DNA of 64,000 nucleotides from an uncultured Bacillota bacterium. GTDB taxonomy: Bacteria; Sysuimicrobiota; Sysuimicrobiia; Sysuimicrobiales; Segetimicrobiaceae. A program made the position numbers and the translations under genes. The notes under the pieces are model-generated. The model was not told the origin of the DNA. It was given only the letters and a program-made list of their open reading frames with translations, and searched no databases. Shown here piece after piece: positions 29,188 to 39,304 of the stretch. The stretch is taken from NCBI GenBank assembly GCA_963804645.1, contig CAWDRG010000013.1, positions 1 through 64,000 of the forward strand, in the 5' to 3' direction. The stretch's first letter is position 1, and each line of letters begins with the position of its first letter.

Positions 29188-30096
29188 TCACACGACGCCC
29201 CGCCGCCGGCGGGGATCCAGGAGGATCGCCAGCGCTTCCCCGACCAGGTTGAACGAGATGATCGTCAGCGACAGCGCCGTCGCCGGAACGATCACGAGCT
29301 GCGGGTGCGTGCGCAGGTACTGGAAGCCCTCGAAGATCATCTGCCCCCAGCTGGGCCGCGGCGGCTGCACGCCGATCCCGATGAACGACAGCGTCGCCTC
29401 GGCGAGAATGAGGAAGCTCACGTCGAGGGTCGCGCGGATGATCAGCAGGTGCACGACGTTCGGGACGATGTGGCGCACGAGAATCCGCGGCACCGACGCG
29501 CCGACCGCGCGCGCGCCGTCCACGTACTCCCGCTCGCGGATCGACACGACCTCGCTGCGGATCAGGCGCGCGGTGGCCGGCCACGCGGTCATGATCAGCG
29601 CGATCACGATGTTGATGAGCGTCGGGCCGAAGATGCCGGTGATGAGCACCGCGAGCAGGATCGTCGGGAAGCCGATCAGGAGATCGACGATCCGCATCAG
29701 CACCTGATCGACGGTGCCCCCGTAGAACCCGGCGACGGTGCCCCACGCGATCCCGAGCAGCGACTCGCCCGCGACCGCGGACAGCCCGACGCCCAGCGAC
29801 ACCCGCGCGCCGTAGACGACCCGGGTGAAGGTGTCGCGCCCGAACTGGTCCGTCCCGAGCCAGTGCGCCGCGCTCGGGCCGCGGAACAGGCTGTCCAGAT
29901 CCTCGCTGTCGTACGCGTACCGCGAGAGGGTGGGTCCGACCGCGGCCAGGAAGATGATGACGAGCAGCAGCACGAGGCCCGCCGCGGCCAACCGGTCGTG
30001 CCGGGCGAAGCGGATGAGCCGCTCCCATCCGCCCGGCGGCGTCGCGCCCGCGCCGCGGACCGCGTCAGTATCGGATGCGGGGGTTGAGGTAGGCAT
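29188..30096 (-). CDS. Peptide/nickel ABC permease (DppC-like)
   Basis: HWLGTDQFGRD, EAA-loop, PSWGQMI. Confidence 0.9.
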   Translation of the reverse strand: MPTSTPASDTDAVRGAGATPPGGWERLIRFARHDRLAAAGLVLLLVIIFLAAVGPTLSRYAYDSEDLDSLFRGPSAAHWLGTDQFGRDTFTRVVYGARVSLGVGLSAVAGESLLGIAWGTVAGFYGGTVDQVLMRIVDLLIGFPTILLAVLITGIFGPTLINIVIALIMTAWPATARLIRSEVVSIREREYVDGARAVGASVPRILVRHIVPNVVHLLIIRATLDVSFLILAEATLSFIGIGVQPPRPSWGQMIFEGFQYLRTHPQLVIVPATALSLTIISFNLVGEALAILLDPRRRRGVV

Positions 30097-30985
30097 ACGA
30101 CACGTCGACCGCCAGGTTCACGATGGAGAACAGGCCGGTGTAGACCAGTACCCCGGCCTGCAGCACCGTGTAGTCGCGCTGCAGAATCGCGTTGATCGTG
30201 ACCCGGGCGATGCCCGGGATGTTGAACAGGATCTCGACGACGAACGCCCCGACGATCGCGTTGCCGAACGCGAGGCCGATCGTCGTCACCACGGGCAGCG
30301 CCGCGTTCCGCAGCACGTGGCGGAACAGCACGCGGCGCGCCTGCAAGCCCTTGCCGTGCGCCGTGCGGACATAATCCTCCAGCAGCACTTGGCCGACGCT
30401 GGAGCGCGCGATTCGCGCGATGAACGCGAGCGGGGCGATCGACAGCACCGCGACCGGCAGCACGTAATTTTGGGGCAGCCCCCACCCCGCGACCGGCAGC
30501 ACTGGCCACCGCAGCGCGAACAGGTACACAAACACGGCCGCGCTCACGAAGCTCGGGACGGACAGCCCGAGCACCACCCCGACCTGGATTGCGTGGTCGA
30601 CCAGCGGCCAGCGCGTCGTCGACGCCGCGATGCCGAGCAGCGTCCCGGCGATCGCGGCGACGAGCACCGCGAGGGTGGCGAGGCGCAGGCTGATCGGCAG
30701 CGCGTGCCCCACGAGATCGCTCACCTGCAGGCTGGGATTGACGTAGGACGTGCCGAAGTCGAGGTGCGCCAGCCCGGCCACGTACCGTCCGAACTGCACC
30801 GCGAGCGGACGGTCCAGCCCGAGCTGGTGGCGGAGCACCGCGGCCGTACCGGGGTTGTACCGGTCTCCCAGCATCGTCTCCACCGGGTCGCCGGGGGCGA
30901 GATGGCCGGCGAGAAAGATCAGCAGCGCCGCGCCGAGGAACAGCGGGATCGCCAGGCCGATGCGGTACGCGACATACCGGAGCAT
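30065..30985 (-). CDS. Peptide/nickel ABC permease (DppB-like)
   Basis: APGDP, DFGTSY, DYVRTA.GKG, NPRIRY. Confidence 0.9.
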   Translation of the reverse strand: MLRYVAYRIGLAIPLFLGAALLIFLAGHLAPGDPVETMLGDRYNPGTAAVLRHQLGLDRPLAVQFGRYVAGLAHLDFGTSYVNPSLQVSDLVGHALPISLRLATLAVLVAAIAGTLLGIAASTTRWPLVDHAIQVGVVLGLSVPSFVSAAVFVYLFALRWPVLPVAGWGLPQNYVLPVAVLSIAPLAFIARIARSSVGQVLLEDYVRTAHGKGLQARRVLFRHVLRNAALPVVTTIGLAFGNAIVGAFVVEILFNIPGIARVTINAILQRDYTVLQAGVLVYTGLFSIVNLAVDVSYAYLNPRIRY

Positions 30986-31036
30986 GCGGGGGTCGGGCCG
31001 CGGCGGCCGGGGCGGGTGCCCCGGCCGCCGGGCGGG

Positions 31037-32633
31037 TTACTTGACGATGGTCACCTTCGTGAACGGCAGCCAGCCGTTGACGGCGGGCGAGGTCTGCAGG
31101 CCCTGGACGTAGGGCTTCTTCAGATAGGCGAAGTTCGAAAAGAACATCGGGACCATCGGCGCGTCGGTCACCGCGAGCGCCTCCGCCTGGTGGTACAGGG
31201 CGGTCCGCTGCGCCTCGGTCGGCGCGGCGTTCGCCTGGTCGACCAGCTTGTCAAATTCCGGGCTCATGTAGTTCACCCGGTCGATCGGCGACTTGCTGTA
31301 CAGGAGCGCGTCCAGGTAGTCGCTGTAGTCGAGGTAGTCCGCGGCCCACCCGGTCATGAACGACTGGTACACCGTGCGCTTGTTCAGGTTGGCGATGAAG
31401 TTCGAGAACTCGGTGCGCTGCAGCTGCACGTCGACGCCGAGGTTCTGCTTGAGCATCGCCGCGACCGGCTCCGCCTCCATCTGCGCCACCGGACCGAACG
31501 GGTTCATCGCGATCTGCAGCGGCGGAAGCTTGCCCGGTGACGCCCGCCTCGTCCAGGAGCTTCTTCGCCCCCGCGGGGTCGTACGGCAGCCCCTTGTACC
31601 CCTGATAGAAGCCCGGGATCCCGGGCGGCACGATCGCGTTCGCCGGCGTGTAGAACCCGAAGAAGACCGTCTGGGCGATCTTCGCCTTGTCGATCGCCAT
31701 CGCAAAGGCGCGCCGCACCCGGACGTCCTGGAACGGCGGGTACGCGCGCGGGTTGAGGCCGAGGAACAGCACCTGGGCGCGCGTGTAGACGAGCAGCTGC
31801 TGCTTCAGCGTCGGGTCCGTGCTGATCCGCTGGAAGTCGCCGAGCGGCACCGGGACGAAGTCGAGTTGGCCGGACAGGTACTCGGACAGCTGCGTGCTGC
31901 TGTCGACCACGATCGGTACGTCCACGCCCGCGATCTTCGGCGCGCCCTGATAGTACTTCGGGAAGCTCATCAGCGTGATGTGGTCGTTGTGCGCCCACTC
32001 CTTGAACACAAACGGGCCCGACCCGGCGTCCTGGGTCGCAAACCAGCTGGTGCCGCCCCGCTCGATGACGTTCCGGTCGGCGACCACGGCGGCATAGTAG
32101 GCGAGCCGGTTGAGGAAGCCCCCGCGCCGGTCCGGGTTGAGCGTGATGACCAGGGTGAGCGGATCCGGTGCGGCGATGCCCGCGATGCCGGGCGCGCCCG
32201 CCGCGTACGCGTCGTAGCCCTGAATCCCGGTGACGACGAAGTCCCCGACCGGCGGCTTCAGCGCCGGGCTGCTCATGCGCTCGAACGACCACTTCCAGTC
32301 CGCCGCGGCGACCTTCCGGCCGCTGTGGAAGTACATGTTGTCGCGCAGATGGAACGTGTAGATGAGGCCGTTGGGAGAAATGTCCCAGCTCCTGGCGGCC
32401 GCCGGCAGGAGCTTGCCGGTGCTGTCGAGCGAGACCAGCGTATCGTACATCAGGAAGACGATCGGCGCGGACGACGAGTCGATCGCGAAGTACGGATCGA
32501 GCGTCGGCGGCTCCCCGCCGAGCGGCGTCCGGAACGTCGGCGGCGCCTGGCCGAGGGCGGACCCCGCCCAGGGGCCGACGGCCACCGCCACCACCAGCGC
32601 AAGACACATCCCCGTGCACAGCCGTCGGATCAT
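31037..32633 (-). CDS. Peptide ABC substrate-binding protein (family 5), frameshift at about 31534
   Basis: Signal peptide, TLDP, GSGPF, VRRAFAMAID. One extra base in the C-run at 31533-31535 splits the ORF. Confidence 0.85.
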
Positions 32634-32717
32634 GGGACCCCTCCCCTGCGTCGCGTATCCCGTGAAGGTTCGAATCGCGCGGCCCCGGTCCCTGCCGCAC
32701 CGGGCGTCGACTCGCGC

Positions 32718-33941
32718 TTACGTGGTCCAGGTCACAATCGGCGAGTTCGTCAGCCGCTCGCACCCCGTGTCGGTGATCACGAGCGTGTCCTCGACGACCC
32801 CGGTCCCGAGACCCTCCATGACGACCATCGGCTCGTACGCCACAGTCATCCGGGGACGCAGGACCGTCGTGCTGCCGGCGTACAGACCCGGGACCTCGAT
32901 CACCGACATCCCGATGCCGTGCCCAAACCCGCCGGCACAGTAGTAGGGCTCATACGGGGTCCCCGCGACGACCCGGAGCAGCCCGCGGGAGACGTCATCG
33001 ATCGTGGCGCCCGGCCGGACATGCTCGAGGCCGGCGTGGTACAGCGCCAGCCCGATCTCGAGCAGCGCGCGCGGCGCGCCCGCGGCCCGGCCCACGGCGG
33101 TGCACCGGCTCGTGTCGGTGCAGTATCCGCCGAACGCGGCGCCGAGATCGAGAAACACCAACTCCCCGTCGCGCAGCGCCCGCCGGCGCGGCACGCCGTG
33201 CTTCAATCCCGCCTGGGCGCCTCCGACGACGCACGTCGCGAAGGCCTCCCGGGCGCCGCGCGCGTGCAGCTGCTCAACGGCCCCGGCGGCCACCACGGTC
33301 TCCTCCACCCCCGCCGCCACCCGGCCGAGCGCGGCGGTCATGGCCTCGTCGGCGATCGCGCCCCCCTGCCGCATCACCGCGATCTCCTCGTCGCTCTTCT
33401 CGACGCGCACGACCGCGAGCACGTCGTCCGCCGCGACGAGCGACGGCAGGCGCGAGGTGAGCGCGGCGTAGATCGGGTGCGGCACGATCGACGTCCCGAC
33501 GAGACCCACGGGCCGGGCCGCGCCCACGGCGTCGGCCGCGAGCAGCGCGACCTGATCGGCGACGCCGCCGTAGACGGGGCCGAGCGCGATGCGCACGTCC
33601 GGGACCCGGCACATCCAGATCATGGAGTGCATCGGCTCGCCGTGCAGGATGGAGTCGGTGGCCAGGATCACGCGGCCGTCGGCGTGGACCACCGCGAACG
33701 CGCTCCCGAACACGGGCGCGAAGTTCGTCAGGTAGGTGACGGCCGAGGGCGCCCCCGCGCTCCCATACACGACGAGCGCCCCGAGGCCGGCGCGCGCCAT
33801 CGCCCGGCAGACCGCCCCCACGCGGCGGTCGTACTCCGCGTCGGAAAACGGCTGGACCAGATACGGCCGGCGCGCCTCCAAATCATACGCCACCCGCGGC
33901 TGATAGGTGCTGCCCTCGTGGGCCGGCGTGGGGGCCGTCAT
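32718..33941 (-). CDS. M24 Xaa-Pro peptidase / creatinase family protein
   Basis: KSDEEI, DLG...YCTDTSR, GHGIG, YEP, EDT. Confidence 0.88.
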   Translation of the reverse strand: MTAPTPAHEGSTYQPRVAYDLEARRPYLVQPFSDAEYDRRVGAVCRAMARAGLGALVVYGSAGAPSAVTYLTNFAPVFGSAFAVVHADGRVILATDSILHGEPMHSMIWMCRVPDVRIALGPVYGGVADQVALLAADAVGAARPVGLVGTSIVPHPIYAALTSRLPSLVAADDVLAVVRVEKSDEEIAVMRQGGAIADEAMTAALGRVAAGVEETVVAAGAVEQLHARGAREAFATCVVGGAQAGLKHGVPRRRALRDGELVFLDLGAAFGGYCTDTSRCTAVGRAAGAPRALLEIGLALYHAGLEHVRPGATIDDVSRGLLRVVAGTPYEPYYCAGGFGHGIGMSVIEVPGLYAGSTTVLRPRMTVAYEPMVVMEGLGTGVVEDTLVITDTGCERLTNSPIVTWTT

Positions 33942-34726
33942 TGGGCGGCCCCGCCGAGGTGGCGTGCGAGAAACGGCAGCACCACGGGCGCCCACAGGTG
34001 CGGCGCGTGCACCCAGATCTGGTGCGCTTCGCGCTCGTCGGCGCCGAACGGCGGGAACAGGTGCCGCTCGCACGTCCCACCGGCCGAGCGGAGCCGCTCG
34101 AGGAGCGCCGCCGAGGGCGTGAGATCGAAGTCGTTCTTCGCCTGCAGGAGCAGCACGGGACATTGGATCTTCGCCGCGTACTCGAGGAGAAACGGCCGCA
34201 AGCCCGGGACGGGTCCCCAGCTCATCGCCGCGGCGGCAAACGACACGCACGCGCGGACGGCAGGGTCGCGGGCGGCGGCGAGCAGCGAGTTGATCCCGCC
34301 GTACGACGAGCCCATGACCGCGGTCCGCGCCGGGTCCACCTCCGGCATCGCGCGCACGCACCGCAGGGCCGCGAGCACGTCGTCGCTTTCCGCGAGCAGG
34401 CGCGCGCACACCTGCGCGTCGTGGTCGGGCGTGCCGGTGGGGGCCGTCACCTCGTCGAGGCGGGACGGGCCCGGGGCGCCGGCGTATCCCCGCCGCCGCG
34501 CCACCAGCACCAGATAGCCGGCGGCGGTCAGCACCTCGGCGACGCCGGGCTTCGTGTCTTGCTCCAGCCCGCTGCCGTGGTTGAGCACGACCGCCGGGAA
34601 CGGCCCCCGTCCGCGGGGACGGTACCGGTGCGCCGGCAGCTCGCGGCCGCCGCTCGGATATGTGAGCGGCTCGGCCGGGTGCGGTCCGGCGTGCGAAGTC
34701 TGGGAGTCCGGCACGGCCGCTACCAT
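33938..34726 (-). CDS. Dienelactone hydrolase-like alpha/beta hydrolase
   Basis: GPFPAVVLNHGS and GSSYGG. Overlaps both neighbours. Confidence 0.8.
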   Translation of the reverse strand: MVAAVPDSQTSHAGPHPAEPLTYPSGGRELPAHRYRPRGRGPFPAVVLNHGSGLEQDTKPGVAEVLTAAGYLVLVARRRGYAGAPGPSRLDEVTAPTGTPDHDAQVCARLLAESDDVLAALRCVRAMPEVDPARTAVMGSSYGGINSLLAAARDPAVRACVSFAAAAMSWGPVPGLRPFLLEYAAKIQCPVLLLQAKNDFDLTPSAALLERLRSAGGTCERHLFPPFGADEREAHQIWVHAPHLWAPVVLPFLARHLGGAAQ

Positions 34727-35934
34727 ACGCGCAGCGGACAGCCCGAGAGGGCCTCCGCGCCGTCCTCCGTAATCAGCACCGTCTCCTCGATGCACGCGGT
34801 GCCGAAGTGGGTCCGCACCAGCATCGGCTCGAGCGCGAACGTGTTCCCGGGCTCGAGGATCGAGGTCGTGGTCGGCCGCAGCGACGGCAGTTCGAACAGC
34901 GAGCATCCCAAGCCGTGCCCGAACCCCTTCGGCATGTAGTCCGCCTCGTAGCCCTCGCGCTCCGCGATCTCGCGCGCCGCCGCGATCAGGTCCTGCACCG
35001 GGACGCCGGGACCGGCCTTGGCAAACGCCGCCTCGTACATCGCCAGCCCGGTGTCGAGGAACCGCCGCTGCTCGTCGCTCGGCGTCCCGACGACCGTGCT
35101 GCGCGACACGTCCGCGAAGTAGCCCGCATACATCGCGGCCATATCGAGGAACACCATATCCCCGGACTCCATGACGCGGTCGCTCGGCGCGCAGTGCTTG
35201 AGGCCGGCGCGCGGCCCGGTCGCCACCGCGCTGTCGAACGCCAGCGCATCCGCCCCTTCTTTAAAGGCGGCGGCGTGCGCGGCGGCCGCGACGTCGCGCT
35301 CGCGCGCCCCGGGGGACAGCGCGGCAAGGGCCGCCTCGTGCATGCGGCCGGAGATCCACGCGGCCCGCCGCATCGCCTCGATCTCCGGCGCCGACTTCTT
35401 CGCCCGAACGGCGAACAAGAGATCGTCCGCCGGCACCCACGCAACGCGCGGCAGCCGCTCGCGCAGGTCTTCCATGAACCGGTACGGCAGGATCGGGCCT
35501 CCGGCGATCCCCACGCGCCCGCGGTCTGCCCGCGCCTCCTGCAGCCGGTCGGCGGTGTGCCCCGAGACGCTCGTCTCGAGCGTCTTCGCCATGCCGGGAC
35601 GCTCCGCGGGACGCGCGTCGTCCAGCCAGGTCGCCCAGATCGACGTGTGCATGGGCTCTCCGTGCATCAGCCAGTTGGTCGACAGCATCGGCGCCCCGTC
35701 GACGGGTACGACCACCACCGTATCGCCGGGGCCGGCTTCGAAGTTCGACAGGTACCGGACGTGCCCGGGATCGCCCCGATTCGAAAACGCGACAAGCGCG
35801 CTGAGGCGCTCCACCCGAAGCTTCGCCTGCACCGCCACGATCCGGCGCTCATACTCCTCCCGAGGAAACGGCAGGTTCGTCCAGGGACGCCGCTCCTCGA
35901 GACCGTACGCCACTTTGGCCTGATACGTCGCCAT
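34720..35934 (-). CDS. M24 Xaa-Pro peptidase / creatinase family protein (paralog)
   Basis: GGAGG RBS. KSAPEI, DMA...YFADVSR, GHGLG, LEP, EET. Confidence 0.88.
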   Translation of the reverse strand: MATYQAKVAYGLEERRPWTNLPFPREEYERRIVAVQAKLRVERLSALVAFSNRGDPGHVRYLSNFEAGPGDTVVVVPVDGAPMLSTNWLMHGEPMHTSIWATWLDDARPAERPGMAKTLETSVSGHTADRLQEARADRGRVGIAGGPILPYRFMEDLRERLPRVAWVPADDLLFAVRAKKSAPEIEAMRRAAWISGRMHEAALAALSPGARERDVAAAAHAAAFKEGADALAFDSAVATGPRAGLKHCAPSDRVMESGDMVFLDMAAMYAGYFADVSRSTVVGTPSDEQRRFLDTGLAMYEAAFAKAGPGVPVQDLIAAAREIAEREGYEADYMPKGFGHGLGCSLFELPSLRPTTTSILEPGNTFALEPMLVRTHFGTACIEETVLITEDGAEALSGCPLRVW

Positions 35935-36204
35935 GGGTTCCCTCCAGGACGTGACCGTCGGTCGTATTCTGTTCCGCCCCGCCGGAGGCCGTCCCTGTTT
36001 CGCGGGACAGACGGCGCCGCCGGAGGGGCACGGCGGGAAGGCAAGCATCTCCAGAGAGGGCGCGCGGCGAGACCTCGATCCGCCCGGCACACACGATCGG
36101 TGCGCCGCGTGACGGCAACGGAAGGCTCGCTGGCCGGTCCGGAGCGGTTCCGGCGCCGCGCTGGACAACACAGCGGGGAGCCGCGCGGGCGCGCGGCCCG
36201 TGCG

Positions 36205-36777
36205 CTAGATCCTGCGGACCCCACCGACCGTCGTCGCGGCCGGCGGCATCGGGGACTTCGAGGTGCGGCGGACCGGTTGGATCTCGACCGGGTCGGTCTC
36301 GATGACGTACGTGCCGAGAATCTTGTCGTGCCAAGCTTGGTGGTTGTCGTCGAAGAGCGCCCACACGAACCCGAACCCGAGGACCGCCGCCGACAGCACC
36401 TTGGCAAACCACTCGCGAATTATCATCGTGAAGAAACTGGCAGGATGGCCGGTGTCATCGATGACCTGCAGCTTGAACAGGCGCTTGCCGGGGCTCGCGC
36501 CGTCGGACAGCAGGAGCAGCCACCACGCCAAATAGGCCAGCAGCACGAGCGCCGCACCGCCGGCCACCATGGACGGGACCTGCACGTTCCCGACCGTGAC
36601 CTCGCCGGCCGCGATGACGATGCCCCAGTCGACGATGGTCGCCGCCAACCTGCGTGCCGGGCTCGCGCTGCGTCCGAGCGACACGTTGGCCAGGAAGCTT
36701 CGACAGCGAGGACAGAAGCGGCCGCCAGCCTCCACCGTCGCGTGACAGGCCGGGCACTCCATCATGACCTTCGCCAT
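36205..36777 (-). CDS. Zinc-ribbon + RDD family membrane protein
   Basis: CPAC..FCPRC, RRLAA.IVD, SPGK, QAWHDKI. Confidence 0.85.
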   Translation of the reverse strand: MAKVMMECPACHATVEAGGRFCPRCRSFLANVSLGRSASPARRLAATIVDWGIVIAAGEVTVGNVQVPSMVAGGAALVLLAYLAWWLLLLSDGASPGKRLFKLQVIDDTGHPASFFTMIIREWFAKVLSAAVLGFGFVWALFDDNHQAWHDKILGTYVIETDPVEIQPVRRTSKSPMPPAATTVGGVRRI

Positions 36778-36922
36778 CCGCGCCCCCCTCGCACCGGAGT
36801 GCGAGTCGCCGCCTCCCGGCCCAGACGCCGGAATTCCGGCTCCCTCAATATCTACGCCGCGGAGGTCCTACCTCCTGTTACATTGGCCCGGCGGGGGCGC
36901 CGAGGCACCAGCGGTGACCCGC

Positions 36923-37546
36923 CTACGGCGAGGAGCCGCCGCCGGTCACGGCCGCGAGCGTCGGCGCCACGGTGGGGGCCAGCGCCTGGTGCAGCACCTG
37001 CTGCATCACCAGCCCGAGCATGATCCCCTCCCCAAGCGCGGTTCCCTTCGTCTGCCAGACGAGCCGGCCCAGGGCCGCGTCGAAGACCTGCACGACTAAG
37101 TTGACCGTGCCGAGATACTGCCCGCCTGGCGGCGATGCATCGTCCATGGGGCTGAACGAGAAGAGCGTGATCCATCCAACCACCAGGCGGTCCGCGCCGA
37201 CACGCTGGGCCAGTGCTCCGAGGCGTGAAAAATTCAACGCGTCGCTGCCGCGCCACCGCAGCGCGGCCTCCGCGGCCGAGACCTGCCCTCGGGGCACCAC
37301 CGTGATCCGTCCCTCCCCGGCGCGGGCGAGCGCCGCCGAGAGGTCGTCCGCGGAAAACCGCTCGGGCACGACACCCAAGGCGCCGTCGATAGGCTGGGGC
37401 GCATAGAAGTCCACGACGCCGACCACGGGCACGGCGGCGGCCTGCGCCGCCCGGCCGCGGGGCGCCACTCCCGCGCCGGCGAGCAGCATCCCGACCAGCG
37501 CACCGAGCGCCCACGCACATCTCACCCGGGTTGTCCATCGCGGCAT
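36923..37546 (-). CDS. Secreted hypothetical protein (CsgG-like alpha/beta)
   Basis: AGGAGG RBS, signal peptide, VGVVDF...GADRLVVG...QVFD. Confidence 0.6.
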   Translation of the reverse strand: MPRWTTRVRCAWALGALVGMLLAGAGVAPRGRAAQAAAVPVVGVVDFYAPQPIDGALGVVPERFSADDLSAALARAGEGRITVVPRGQVSAAEAALRWRGSDALNFSRLGALAQRVGADRLVVGWITLFSFSPMDDASPPGGQYLGTVNLVVQVFDAALGRLVWQTKGTALGEGIMLGLVMQQVLHQALAPTVAPTLAAVTGGGSSP

Positions 37547-37715
37547 GTCCGCGTCCTCCTTGAACGGTGCGCAGACGAACACCGTCCCCACAACATTATC
37601 CCACCGGGAGGGGGCACGATGTGTGCCGGGTGCGGGCGATCCCGTCCAGGCAGGCGTCCGCCCGGGAGCCGCGGAACCTCCGGGAAAGCCCGCACGCCGA
37701 TCGCGGAGGGTCCGC

Positions 37716-38249
37716 ATGGAACACGCTGGCAGGATCACGGTGTTCGGCTCCTCCCGGGCGGCCCCGGACGACACGGTGTATCGGGACGCGCGCCGCCTCG
37801 GGCGCCTGCTGGCCGAGGCCGGGTACGCGGTGTGCTCCGGCGGATACGCGGGGGTGATGGAAGCGGTCAGCCTCGGCGCCGCGGAGGGCGGCGGGACCGC
37901 GATCGGGGTCACGGTCGCGTCGTGGGCCGCCCAGGTCAGGCCGAACCCCTGGCTCACGAGCGAGATCGCGACCGCCGATCTGTTCGACCGGCTGGCCCGG
38001 CTGATCGCGAGCGACGCGTACGTCGCAATGCCGGGCGGCCCCGGCACGCTCGGAGAGGTCGCGCTCACCTGGAACCTCTTTCAGACCCACTCGATACCAG
38101 TCCGGCCCCTGATCCTCGTCGGACCCGAGTGGCGGCGCGGGCTTGCGCAGTTGGCGGAGAACTTCCGGATCACACCGTCCGACCTGGCCTTCCTGCGCAC
38201 CGTGGACTCCGTCGACGAGGTCCTGCCGGCGATCCGTGCGCCTCGATAG
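37716..38249 (+). CDS. LOG family protein
   Basis: ITVFGSS, GGYAGVMEA, PGGPGTLGE. Confidence 0.88.
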   Translation: MEHAGRITVFGSSRAAPDDTVYRDARRLGRLLAEAGYAVCSGGYAGVMEAVSLGAAEGGGTAIGVTVASWAAQVRPNPWLTSEIATADLFDRLARLIASDAYVAMPGGPGTLGEVALTWNLFQTHSIPVRPLILVGPEWRRGLAQLAENFRITPSDLAFLRTVDSVDEVLPAIRAPR

Positions 38250-38353
38250 ACCGCGGCGCGGGCGCACCTCGAGCGCACGTGTCGCTGCCGGATTGGCGTG
38301 TCCCGCGACCACGGCCCGCGTGGCGCCCCGCCGTGCCGGGGCGCAGACGTGCG

Positions 38354-39112
38354 TCACATCTTGAAGACGGACCAGCCGCCGTCGATGCGGATTTCCTGGC
38401 CGGTGATATAGGCGGCCGCCGGAGACGCCAAGTACACGGCCAGCCGTGCGACCTCGACGGGATCCCCCATGCGTGCCTGCGGAATCTCGCTCAGCACCGC
38501 CTCGCGCTTGAGGTGCCCCATGCGCAGCGCGTGCGTCCACATCGCGGTCGCGAACATCCCGGGCGCGATCGCCACCACCCGCACGTTGTGCGGCGCCCAT
38601 TCGACGGCGAGACTGCGCGTGACGGCCGCCACCCCGGCCTTGCTCGCCGAGTACGGCATCCGGCGAGGCCACGCAAACTCGGACGCGACGGACGAGATGT
38701 TGATGATCACCCCGCCCCCGTGCCCCACCATGTGGCGCCCCGCGGCGAGGCACCAGTATACGGTCCCGTGCAGATTGACGTTGAGCACGCGGGCGTAGTC
38801 GGCGGGCGTAAGTTCCAGCGACGGACACTGGTACTGGATCCCCGCCGCGTTGACGAGCACGTCGAGCCCGCCGTAGGTGTCGACGACGTGGCCTGCCGCC
38901 GCGGCGACCTGGTCGGAGTCCGTCACGTCGACCCGGCAGACGTGGGCACGCCCTCCCTGGCGCGTGATGGCCTCCACCGTGCTCAGGGCCGCCGCCTCGT
39001 CCACGTCGGCCACCACGACGACGTGGCCCTGTGCAGCGAACTCGGTGGCGATGGCACCGCCCAGCCCGCCTCCCGCGCCCGTTACGACCGCCACCGCCGC
39101 TCCGTCCGCCAT
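38354..39112 (-). CDS. SDR oxidoreductase
   Basis: TGAGGGLG, YSASK, DGG. Confidence 0.9.
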   Translation of the reverse strand: MADGAAVAVVTGAGGGLGGAIATEFAAQGHVVVVADVDEAAALSTVEAITRQGGRAHVCRVDVTDSDQVAAAAGHVVDTYGGLDVLVNAAGIQYQCPSLELTPADYARVLNVNLHGTVYWCLAAGRHMVGHGGGVIINISSVASEFAWPRRMPYSASKAGVAAVTRSLAVEWAPHNVRVVAIAPGMFATAMWTHALRMGHLKREAVLSEIPQARMGDPVEVARLAVYLASPAAAYITGQEIRIDGGWSVFKM

Positions 39113-39304
39113 GCGACCCCCCCGTGTGCTGCGTCGATCGACTGTCAGTGGTGTGGGCGTGCTCGGATCGAGCGCGGCACCGTGTCCGTCACCGCGGACC
39201 CGACCGGTGTCGCGTGCTGAGGCAGCGGCACGGGATCGCCCGGGACGGGCCACCGATCGAACCCACCAGTCCGTCCACGGAGGTGACGCGCCGGGGTCTC
39301 CGGG

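Noticed and set aside
31356..34517. 1053-aa plus-strand ORF, and similar long ORFs such as 45149-48238 and 34807-37023
   Set aside because: Antisense or off-frame shadows of clear genes in high-GC DNA. Arg/Pro-rich with no motifs.
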